A stretch of 61,961 nt of DNA, the filler included, from Stramenopiles sp. TOSAG23-3 (taxonomy: Eukaryota): NCBI GenBank assembly GCA_900128585.1. It is 6 parts of 6 records of this genome, joined end to end, with 100 filler letters (N's around TTAATTAATTAA, not from the genome) between each part and the next. Parts side by side here need not be neighbours in the genome. Positions count along the whole stretch, not along the records: positions 31,075 to 41,315 come from LT642835.1; positions 41,416 to 51,639 come from LT642836.1; 4 more parts are not named here. One strand, written 5' to 3'. Of the stretch, positions 31,632-41,677 are shown in pieces. The position numbers and the translations under genes are program-made. Position 1 is the first letter of the stretch. Each line of letters starts with the position of its first letter. The notes under the pieces are model-generated. The model ran no database searches, had not been told where the DNA came from, and saw only the letters and a list, made by a program, of their open reading frames with translations.

Positions 31632-34600
31632 ATGGCCTCGCACGATGACGTCTACGTCTCCGTGCTCAGGGCAAAGCTACGGGCCATCACAAAGCATTTG
31701 TCCAAGTTCGACGCCGCCATATCGCTCTTAAAGTCTGCGGCGGCGCAGGAGCACGCGACCTACGCCCAGCGCCAGGCGGCCACGGCGCGGAGGAAGCGAG
31801 GGGGCGGGAAGGCCCCCGCGGAGGTCGCCCAGGAGCTTAGGAAGTGCCAAGAGTACCTCGCCCTCCTCCGAACACGACGCCTGGAACGAAAGGTTCGGCC
31901 CACGAAGGCCACGCCCGCCATCCCCGCCATTCTATTCAAGCCAAAGAAGCCGAAAAAGAAGAAGCCGGACGAGGGGAAGGGGGCGGCGGACGGTAAACCC
32001 AGTGGGAGCGGGGGGGAGGACGCGGGCGGCGGCGGAACGAACGGCGAGGGCAAGAAGGCCCCGGCGGTCGAAAACGGCGAGGGTGGGGCCGAAGAAGCGC
32101 CAAAAAAGGCGGACGCGAGTGATGGCCTGGGGGCAGCCAAAAGCGCGGAGATCGATAGGAACAGCCTAGTAGGAAACGACGAGGCAGTCGTTAAAGGCCA
32201 GGGGGAGCCCCCCGCCGCACCCGAGGCCGCAGCCACTGCCGCTTCAGCGGCGCCGCTCCCAGCCGAAGGCGAAGAGCCAACAATTGTACAGCAGGTTGCG
32301 CCAAAGCGTCAGCCGAATAGTGAAGGAGGAGGCCAAGCAGGGGCCGCGAAGGGGGTGGTCCAAACGTCCGCGGTAAAGGTGGTCAAAGAGACCGAAGAGC
32401 CTGCCAAAGTGGTGGCCAAAAAGACCGAAGAGCCTGCCAAAGTGGTGGCCAAAGAGACCGAAGAGCCTGCCAAATTGGTGGCCAAAAAGACCGAAGAGGC
32501 TGCCCGAGCGGTGGCCAAAGGGACTGCCGACGTGGTGGCCAAAGGGACTGCCGACGTGGTGGCCAAAGGGACTGCCGACGTGGTGGCCAAAGGGACTGCC
32601 GAAGTGGTGGCCAAAGAGGCTGCCGAAGTCGTAGTCGAAGAGCCTGCCGAAGTGGTGCCCAAGGAGCCCGAAGGGCCTGCCGAAGTGGTCGCCCAAGAGC
32701 CTGCTCAAGTGGTGGCCAAAGTGGCTGGAGAGCCTTCTCAAACGGTGGCCAAAGAGCCCGAAGAGCCTGCTCAAGTAGTGGTCAAAGAGACTTCCGAAGA
32801 GCCTGTCGAAGCGGGGGCCAAAGAGCCTGTCGAAGCGGGGGCCAAAGAGCCTGCCGAAGTGATGGCCAAAGCGCCCGAAGAGTCTGCCGAAGGGGTGGCC
32901 AAGGAGACCAAAGGGCCCGCCGACGCAGCGCCCACGGCGGCCTCTCCCCCCGGGGAAGACGCCGCTTCGGCCCAAACAATGATCGTCAGCGACAAGCTGA
33001 TCATCCCAAGGCCGCACGCGATCGTCGCCGGGGTGGTACTCCAAGGCCTTCGCAAGGGCCCGATGAGCGTCGCGGACCTGCGCCGCGCGATCAGCAAGCG
33101 TCTGGCGTGGAAGCCGCCGCCTGCCGTGCTCTGGCACCAGATTCACGACACGATTGCCGTGTTCCATGCCCTTGGCCTTGCGGCCCGGAGCACGATGCCG
33201 GCGCCGAAGCTGCGGCGCGAGCGCGTGGAGTCGTTCTCGTTCTCCCCGGACGACCTTCAAACCGCGTGGCGGAATGCGGAGACGAACGGGCCGGCCCCGG
33301 GGCCTGCTCCGGCCGAGGCGCCGAAGAAGGCAGCAGAGGGCAAGGCCCCGCCCGGCCAAGTGGACGCTTCGGCCATGTACGCGGCCGCCGCCAAGGCGGG
33401 GTCCACCGCCGGCGCTGAGGCCGCCGTCGGCCGACGGGCCGAGTCGTCGTCCGGGTCCTTCCGCGCCGCCGCCGCCCACATCGTGGTCAACGGGGCCGCG
33501 GCCGGGCCGAAAGACCCGGGGGTGCCGCTGCTCGCGACCACCCCGGCGGTCGCCGCCGCGGACCATGCTCAGGTTGCACGGGCAAAGCGGGCGTGGCACC
33601 TTGAGCTGGTCAAACTCGTGAGGATAGGGGCCTACCGTGAAATCGAGAGGCGGTACGGGCCCGCCGGGCTGCAGTCCGCGATCGAGTTCTCCGCGAACTC
33701 CCCAGCAAAAGACCCCCTCGCGTCCGTGGAGGTCACCGAAGGAGTTCAGGCGTTGGCGCGAAAGAAGAACTTCGGCGCGGTGCGCAAGGGGTGGGGGCAC
33801 GCGATGGCGCGCCACGCGTACAAGTGGGCGTGGCGCAGCGGAGTGTTCGCAGGCGACGAGGGCGAGCCGCTCCCGGCCGACGCCTGCGCGCTGGCAAGGA
33901 TCGGGGCGATCGATATGATCGAGCAGGAGTGGGGGGGCGACGGGAAGGCCGCGGCCTTCGCGTGGATCGGTCGGCAGGCGGCAATCTGGCGCCTTGAGCA
34001 GGAACCCCAGCTGATGGAGATCGACGCGCGCCAAGACGCCGTGCTTGGCGAGTACGACAGACTGGCCAACGACATGCTCAACATTCGCATTCGGCACAAT
34101 TTTTTGAAGCAGCAACGGACCATCCTCATGGACCGGGCGATTGCGCGGTTGGAGGACGCGCAGAAAGAGGAGGAGGAGAAGGTACGGGCGCAGAAAGAGA
34201 AGCTCGCCCAGGCGGCCGCCGCAATCGCGGAGAGCGTCGCGAAGGCCGTGAAAGAAATGACCAACCCCGACCAGCCGCCCGCAAAGGCGCGCGAGACCGT
34301 CTCTTCGCCCGTGGCCCCGACCGCGAAAGCAGGCGAGACCGTGTTGGAGACCGCAGCCCCAACCGCGAAAGCAGGCGAGACCGTCGTGGCGACCGCAGCC
34401 CCAGCCGCGAAAGCAGGCGAGACCGTCGTGGCGACCTTGGGCGACCTTGGCCCCGACCGTGAAGGCCAAGGAGCTGGCCCCGACCAGCGCGGCGCCCTCC
34501 AACGGGGAACCGACGGGCCTCCCCCCGCCCGCCCGGCCAGCCTCCGCGGCTGCCGATCCTGCGCGCCCGCGGCCTGGGCGGAAGCCGAAAAAGCCGCGGG

Positions 34601-35580
34601 TGTTCGTGGACTGGAAAGAGGTAAGGATTCGGCTGGCGGCGCTGAAAGCGAAGACGGACCGCCTGAACGTGTTTGGGCAAGCCCCGCCGGTGAGTGGCAT
34701 GGAAGACTTCCCTTCGGCGACCGATTTTCACGGGCGGAAAAAGTACAGGGACAACAGGGAGGACCTGGCCAAGCTGGAGGTGCTCTTGACCACCAAGTTC
34801 CCCGACGAGACTGTGGACGGGCTGGTGCACGTTGTCAGCCGGTCCCCGTCGCCGACCGCCAGTACTGGAGTAAAGCGGCGGCGGGGCCGACCGCGCAAAG
34901 TGCCCGAGCAGAGCTCCGCGCCCCGTTCCCGCCCCTTGAAACGGCGGAAGCCGTTGCCGAAAGGGTGCACCTTCGTCTGCACGCTGAAGCGGGCCAACCC
35001 GCAAGCGTACGGCTTTGGTGCAGGGAAACGGGCCCGGGGGAACCGCCGCGGGGTGGACCCTGCGGCGTCGCCCGCGCTCTTCGTGACCAACGTGGGGGTG
35101 GACAACCACAGCATCGGGAAAGGAAGCAGTGGGATCGACTGGTCGGGCATTTCCGGGCTCTTCGAGCCTGCCGTGGTCATGGAACGGTCCCAATCGTACC
35201 TGCAGTCCCCGACCAAACGACGAAAGAGCGACGTGGGGCTCGGCGGGGGCGGCGGCAGCAGCACCACGCCACGGAGTGCCCAGGTGGTCACTGGGGTGCT
35301 CCCCCAATCCGCCGGGGCCAGCAAGAAGAAGAAGGACCCCGTGTTCGTCCCACGCTGGTACCGTGTCGAGGAAGGGAAGGAGGAAGGGTCACGAGCAGGG
35401 TCAGCGCCCTCCCTCGACCTCTCCGAACTGGACGACGGCATCGTAGCGGCGCGCCACACGGTTCACCTCGAGGAGATGAAAGTCGCGTACGAATCCGCAA
35501 AGAAGGAGGCTAAGCTGAAGAAAGAAAAGGAGAAAGAAGAGCGCTCCAAAGCGAGGGGGGGCGCGGCACGGGGGCGATGA
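31632..35580 (+). CDS. Large nuclear protein with AT-hook and PEHE-like C-terminus, interrupted by a 10-bp duplication at 34431-34450
   Basis: Removing one gcgaccttgg copy joins 31632-34440 to the 34447-35580 frame (VATLAPTVKAKE continues the local repeat). C-terminal part has KRRRGRPRK and FVPRW...LSELDDGIVAARH...LEEMK. Confidence 0.7.
32375..32920 (+). repeat. Coding tandem repeats (33-nt VVAKxTEEPAK and 24-nt VVAKGTAD units)
   Basis: Repeated gtggtggccaaa...gagcctgcc units visible in both DNA and protein. Confidence 0.9.
34285..34470 (+). repeat. Coding tandem repeat, 42-nt unit (APTAKAGETVxxTA)
   Basis: ccgcgaaagcaggcgagaccgt recurs at 34321, 34363 and 34405. Confidence 0.85.
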
Positions 35581-36254
35581 CCAAGGGCAAGCAATTAGAA
35601 TTCGTTTTTTTATGCAAGGTCGTGTAATTTATAAAAAAAGTAATACGTACGACGTACTTTGTACATGTGTTTTTGTTTTGAAATATAGAAAAAAGGAACT
35701 TCACTTTTTTTGTTCTCACATGAATTTACTTCCTGTGCTGCTACTCTCTTTAGTAAAATATTATACTCCTCTGGCGGCATAGTTTTCTGATAAATGTCAA
35801 ATACATACTTTTGTCTTATAAAATATAATTATCAACCTAATTCATACTTTGTATTTAATAATGTATATAACTGTATTTAATACGAAACCACAAATCTCTT
35901 CTTCTTCCTTTTTCCTTTGTTATTCAGAAGAAAGACATGGTGTGTTGGTGTGTTGCTTTTTATTCCTTCTTCTTTTTCTTCTCTTATTATTTCTTCTTTC
36001 TTCTTTCTTCTTTCTTCTTCTTTCTTCTTCGTTCATTCATCATTCCTTCCTTCGCACATTATGTTTTTTTTCTTCGTATTGATGAATTCGTCAAACTAAA
36101 AAGAAAGAATTACATGGATATGGTCTATCGGAACAAACCAGAAACAGCGAGGCAAATATTCCAGGAAAAGATTTTGTGTACACAAGTTACGACGGAACGG
36201 TTGCTCCGATAGTCGGGTTATAAAAAGGGTGTATTATCTATCGTTTTCGCCGAC

Positions 36255-36872
36255 ATGACGACCGCGCACCGAGCGACGTACAAGAGCGCGAAGGCGACGT
36301 ACAATGGAGTGGAGCAGGGGAACTATTCGACGTTTGGGACGGGGACGAACGCCGTGGCTGCGCGTGACATGCCGGGACAAGGGACATTGAAGCGTCGGTT
36401 GGATGGGCAGGGTACGGAGGAGGAGATTAACAAGTTAGATTTGAAGGCGCAGTTGGAGAAGAGCGAGGCGGAGCACCGTTCGAAGCGAGCCAAACTTGTC
36501 GCTCAGTACGACGACTCGGACGACGACGTGGAGGGGCAGCTGGCGATGCTGGACGACGCGGGGGAAAGCGGGGAGGACTCGTCGTCGTCGTCGGACGACT
36601 CTTCGGACGACGACGACGAGGAAGAATTGATGAAGGAGTTGGAGAAGATCAAAGCAGAACGGAAAAGGGAGCGGGAGGCGGCGGCCGCGGCGGCAAGCAA
36701 CCCGATTATGGACGGGGGGCAGGACGGCGGGAGGATCGCCCAGCGCTGGGACGACGACACGGTGTTCAAAAACCAGGCGCGGGGCACGAACTTGAAGACC
36801 AAGGCGAGGTTCATCAACGATACAGTGAGGAACGACTTTCATCGAAGGTTTATGAACAAGTACATCAAGTAA
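36255..36872 (+). CDS. CWC15: Spliceosome-associated protein Cwc15/Cwf15
   Basis: MTTAHR N-terminus, RDMPG..TLKRR..GQ, and RWDDDTVFKNQARG...FINDTVRNDFHRRFMNKYIK C-terminus. Confidence 0.96.
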   Translation: MTTAHRATYKSAKATYNGVEQGNYSTFGTGTNAVAARDMPGQGTLKRRLDGQGTEEEINKLDLKAQLEKSEAEHRSKRAKLVAQYDDSDDDVEGQLAMLDDAGESGEDSSSSSDDSSDDDDEEELMKELEKIKAERKREREAAAAAASNPIMDGGQDGGRIAQRWDDDTVFKNQARGTNLKTKARFINDTVRNDFHRRFMNKYIK

Positions 36873-37277
36873 GGATGGGGGGGCACAAGAACGCGAGCGT
36901 GCAAAGGTTTTGAAGATAGTAGTCCTACACCCACAGGGGGTGTGAAAGCACAAACTGGCGTCGGAGGAGAAAGACGAAGGCCGCGAATGATGAGGCCAGC
37001 GCTCTAAAATTCATTTGCACGATCAGGGGTAATTCTTAAGTTCCGGTGATACCGCCGCGCGTAAAAAGTAATTTTCCACAGTGTAAAACTTTCTTTTTAA
37101 AATATAGTTTTTTATATTTTTTAAATCAAAATGTTTAAGTAAAAGATTTAAAAATGAAAACCATCCCGCGTTAACCTGAAAAACATTAAATGTTAAAAAC
37201 ACGGCCCCGTGCGGTGTGCCTTTCAAATCGTTTGCAGCACGAACGCACGAACGCACGAACGCACCGCACCCTCCCTC

Positions 37278-38486
37278 TCACTTCTTTTGGCTGCTGGACG
37301 ATTTTCGAATGTATGCTGCCCCCTCCGCGGGCATGGGGGGTGCCTTCGGACCACCGCCGTCCCCTTCCACCTCCGTCGTGGACGATTTTCTCAGCTTCTT
37401 CACCCCGCTCCTGGCGGGGGGGGCCGTGGGCTTGGGGGGGGCAGGGCCCCCGTTTGGGGGTGGCAGCATGCCGCTCCCTTCTAGCGCCGACAACGTCTCT
37501 ACGGTCTCCCCGAACTGGTCCAAATGCTGCAGGATGTACTTCTGCAGCACCCTCACCCGCATCAATTGCCCGAGCGTCGGCCGGTCCTGCGGCTTCGGGC
37601 GAATGATGGACGCCACGAGTGTCTTGACCATGTTGCTGTAATGGTCGGGGACCGGGGTGTGCTGCGCGTTCGTGATGGCGTTCATCATGGAGGGGAGGTC
37701 GGGCTGCGTGAAGGGCTGCTTCAGGGCCGCCATTTGGCACAGGATGCACCCGAGCGCCCAGACGTCACTCTTGGCGTCGTAGGGGCGCCCTTGCCATATC
37801 TCCGGGGACAGGTAGTTCGGGGTCCCGATCACCGTCGACGCCAGGTTGGTCTGCGTGCTCAGCTGCTTGCTGATTCCAAAGTCCCCGAGCTTGACGTCCC
37901 CTTCCCCGGACATGAAGACGTTCTTCGCCGTGACGTCCCGGTGGAGGATTTTGTGGTCGTGCACGTGCTTGAGGGCGAGCATGATCTGGACAAACCACCG
38001 GAGGATCTCCTCTTCCTTGAAGTAGGCCTTGGGCTCCTGCTTCCCCGCCTCCACGATTCTATCGTACAAACTCCCTCCCGCAGCGTTCTCCATGAGGATG
38101 AACAGGACCTCTCCCTCGATGTAGCTGTCGTAGAGCCGGACGATGTTCGGGTGCTTGAACCGGCTCATCACCTTGACCTCGTCCGCAAACCCGTGCTTCT
38201 TGGCCAGCTCCTCCACTGGGATCATGAGCTGCTTGACGACGAACGTCTTCTGGTCGCTCTCCCGCTCGACCAGAAAACAGATCGCCGACGCCCCTTTCCC
38301 AATGACTTTTATCTTCTTGTACGTTCTCCCGGAAAAATCAAAAATCGGATTGTCCGTCAGCGACATGACCGACAACCGGTCCATCTCCACGTCCTTTGCT
38401 TTCATCTCCGTTTTCAACCCCGCCACCTCCTTCTTCAACTGCTCGATCTGCTGGGTGTCCAAGTTCCGCGATGCGCCCGACCCCAT
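37278..38486 (-). CDS. NIMA-related (NEK) protein kinase with predicted N-myristoylation
   Basis: GKGASA, VVK, HPNIV, WFVQIMLALKHVH..KILHRD, KLGDFGISKQL, GTPNYLSPE, KSDVWALGC; starts MGSGAS at ATG 38486. Confidence 0.93.
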   Translation of the reverse strand: MGSGASRNLDTQQIEQLKKEVAGLKTEMKAKDVEMDRLSVMSLTDNPIFDFSGRTYKKIKVIGKGASAICFLVERESDQKTFVVKQLMIPVEELAKKHGFADEVKVMSRFKHPNIVRLYDSYIEGEVLFILMENAAGGSLYDRIVEAGKQEPKAYFKEEEILRWFVQIMLALKHVHDHKILHRDVTAKNVFMSGEGDVKLGDFGISKQLSTQTNLASTVIGTPNYLSPEIWQGRPYDAKSDVWALGCILCQMAALKQPFTQPDLPSMMNAITNAQHTPVPDHYSNMVKTLVASIIRPKPQDRPTLGQLMRVRVLQKYILQHLDQFGETVETLSALEGSGMLPPPNGGPAPPKPTAPPARSGVKKLRKSSTTEVEGDGGGPKAPPMPAEGAAYIRKSSSSQKK

Positions 38487-38548
38487 GTCTGTGCTGCCTC
38501 TGCCCGGACGGTTGTGGTGTTGGCCTGTCTTCTTTGTTCCAACTATAC

Positions 38549-38643
38549 CTGGGAAGAAAATAAAAACGGAAAGGGGAAAGTGTGCAGTAAAAGCAAAAAG
38601 AGAGAGAAAAGGCCACACTCACAATGTCATATTTATCACATAC
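38549..38643 (-). other. Candidate 5'-UTR spliceosomal intron (95 nt)
   Basis: Minus strand reads AG|GTATGT ... long pyrimidine tract ... TTTTCTTCCCAG|G, 62 nt before the ATG; alternative donor GTGAGT at 38622. Confidence 0.55.
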
Positions 38644-39301
38644 CTATATCCATCTCTCTTTCTTTCTCTCTCTCTCTCTCATTTTCTTTCTTTCATTCCT
38701 TCTTTTGTAAATTAATAAAATTCATTCCTTCATCTTTTTTGTAACCGACATTAGAAAACAATAAAATAATTATAAAAATACCTATTAATATAATTTATAA
38801 TAGTAATTATAATATATTTAGAATATATAAATGTATCAATATATACATTATAAACATATCCTATGTTTTAAATAATACAAGTACATCATATACATTGATC
38901 GAATCAGAAGTTTGTTAATTCACTCATTTCTTATCCATAAACGTTTTGTATTGAAACCATGCTTTTCTTATAGATATCATAGAACATTTATTTAAGTATG
39001 GAATAATAAGGATTTTAACCATATTATATTTGGATAATTTATTTTACCAACCATAAATAAAATAAAAAAAAAAATTTATTAAAAAAATGATCTTTTTTTT
39101 CTCGTTGAAAAGAGAAGAAGAAACAAAAAACGGATTTTTGTTTTTATATGTATGGATTAAAATACATCGTTAAATGAAAAGAAGAAAGGGGGAAAGTTCG
39201 AAGAAGTGGGTATTAACAAATAAATGCTCATTTTTTATTTTCTTGGAGATTCAGGATTTCGTTAAAGGATTTGTAAACGTATATATATTTACCACCCGAC
39301 C

Positions 39302-41315
39302 ATGGCATCCATTGCAACCGACGCGGGCCTTCTGGACCTTCCTGGGATTGGGCTTCAAGGGCAGAAAACGTCCGTCAAGGCCATGTCGCCTTACTTCAAA
39401 GATCTGGACCTTATTAAAGAGCGCTATGCGACAGCCTTAGGGGATTGGAAGCCCCCTGTTGTTATTGTCTTCGGGGCCGAGTCCGCGGGCAAATCCACCA
39501 TCCTGGAACGCATCTCCATGTTTCCGTTGCTGCCAAAGGGCGATGGAATCTGCACGCGCCTTCCGATCCTAGTCTGCCTTCGGTCGGCGGAGGCCGACAT
39601 GAGCCACCACCTTACGGTCGAAAAGTGCGAAGAGGTTCTTCGGTACGAGGACGTCGAATACGAGCAAGAAGTCCTGGAGGTTATGGAGGACACCGTGAAA
39701 CGCGAAAACGGCAAAGTCTCGGGGATCAGCAAGACGAGCATCTTGAGAGTATTGGTTCGGGGACCGCACTACCCGGACATTGACCTTCTCGACCTTCCAG
39801 GGCTGAAAGTGAACCCAGGCGCGAACGAGCCGGAAACGATGGAGCAGGACACCCATGCCCTTCTCGACAAATGGATCGAGGAAACAAAAGGCCGGGCGAT
39901 TTACTTGGCCGTCCGCCAAGCCGGCACGAACGTCGCAACGTCCCAAGCCCACCTTGTCCTCTCTCGCCACGGGTTTATGGTGGAAAATACGATTGGGGTG
40001 CTGACCAAGTGCGACGATGTTAAATCCAAGGTTGTGAGACGGGTAGTGAAAGACAAATCGGACATATTGAATACCCAAAGTCCGCACAAGTACGTGGCAA
40101 CAAGCAACCCCCCTGCCGAGATTGACGATGCGGGGGACCCAGACCTGGAGGAACAGGCGGACAGGGAACGAGAGTTTTTCCAAGAGGAAGGCCTTGGGGA
40201 CTTGGTCGAAAACGGTCGAGCAACGTGCGACGCCCTTGTGTCGAAAGTCTGCGACGTGTACGGCGAGTACCTGCTCGAGACATGGATACCGACGACGTAT
40301 CGACTTTTGACAGCAAAGAAGGGCAAGCTGGAATGTCAAGTAACCGACTTGGGGGTGCCCCTTCCCAGCGATAGTACCCTCCAAAGCGCGGTTGCCGACG
40401 CAACGACCGAACTGCTCAACCGGTTTGCCGACGGTCAATTGGAAAGCGTTGTGGAGAACATCGTGATCCCGCTTGAAAAGGAAGTCATCGAAACGATCGA
40501 AGCCGAGGTTGGATCGGGCGAAATGAAACTGGCCCTTCTAGAACTGACATTGGCGGAGGACGGCAAAGGAACCCTTGTCGATGCAGTAACGAAAGTGGCG
40601 ACTGCAAAGGTCGAGGAAATGGCCACGATGCTGGAAGAAGGGCTGGCAGAGACCCTTCGACGGGACGTTGCGGGAAGCGAGGACGGGACGGCGGCAAGGG
40701 TTGGCCGGTTCGAAGCGTTCCTGCAGATTGTTCTTGCCAACTTAAAGGCAGCCTTGGCCGGGCAGACAGAGACGCTGCTGCGCCGAGTGACGCAGGCCTG
40801 CCAGTCCAGCATTGCCGACCAGGCGTTTCCAACGTACAACATGAAAAACCGCAGCGGGCGTATTATCGTGAATGCGAAACGTGTGGCGGACGCCGTGACG
40901 CGGAGCGTATTTGGAGCGGCTCGCCCAAATTTTGACGTGTCGTGCGTTTCTACGGCGGTCGCGGAGTGCACGGTGTGGAAAGAGAGCTACGAGAAGACGC
41001 GGAAGAAGCTCGAAAAAGATCTCGTGCGGGCCAAAGCTGTCCTGGCGCTGGAGTTGTTTCAGCGGGAAGCAGTGCGCATTGCGAAAAAGAGGATCGACGA
41101 AGCGGCAGAGAAGGAGGAGGATTGCTCGACCAGCGAAGTCGAGATTGAGGTGTGCCTGAAGGCAGTTCGGGGGTTTCCGGACAACGAGAAGGTGTTGGAG
41201 GAGAACTTGCGTGCGCTTGAAAAAATGGCAGCATTAAACCCTGACAACAAAGTGAAAATTGCTGAAAAGGGTGGAATTGAAGTTGCCATTGAAGCGTTGA
41301 AACGGCACCCAGGGG
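39302..41315 (+). CDS. Dynamin-superfamily GTPase with C-terminal armadillo-like repeats, 3'-truncated by contig end
   Basis: G1 GAESAGKS, G2 ICTRLP, G3 DLPG, G4 TKCD; helical middle region; then LRALEKMAALNPDNKVKIAEKGGIEVAIEALKRHP (ARM-like). Confidence 0.85.
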
Positions 41316-41415
41316 NNNNNNNNNNNNNNNNNNNNNNNNNNNNNNNNNNNNNNNNNNNNTTAATTAATTAANNNNNNNNNNNNNNNNNNNNNNNNNNNNN
41401 NNNNNNNNNNNNNNN
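41316..41415. other. Artificial contig-joining spacer
   Basis: N44-TTAATTAATTAA-N44. Confidence 0.97.
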
Positions 41416-41677
41416 AGAGATGCTGTGTATATATAAAATACCGATTGCAAACACAAAAACAAAAAACAAACAAAATGCAAAGGAAGAATTGTTGCTGTTA
41501 GTGGAATTGTAATAATTAGAAACATTCGAAGCGCATATATGATTTAGTCTAGGAGAATTATGTAATAATATTAACTAGAATAGTATATATTTAAATACTT
41601 GAAAATCGACCCCTATTCAATGCTTTGGAGTCAATCACTCTTAATTTATGCGCCGCCCCCTTGCGACTAAGAAAACG

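Noticed and set aside
32244-34700. 818-aa antisense ORF, and similar ones at 3994-4929, 12162-13079, 37524-38744, 39569-40438 and 47076-48593
   Set aside because: They mirror real genes on the opposite strand; codon bias and repeats suppress antisense stops; no recognisable domains.
34451-35513. Arg/Gly/Pro-rich tail of the 1326-aa ORF
   Set aside because: Out-of-frame translation caused by the 10-bp duplication; the other frame carries the AT-hook and PEHE-like motifs.
35849-36212. Phe/Leu/Ser-rich short ORFs in spacers (also 8501-8779, 20491-20676, 55634-55967)
   Set aside because: Translations of T/C microsatellites and AT-rich low-complexity DNA.
37237-37264. (GCACGAAC)3 tandem, with a similar tract near 52014-52037
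   Set aside because: Too short and simple to distinguish from ordinary microsatellite variants.
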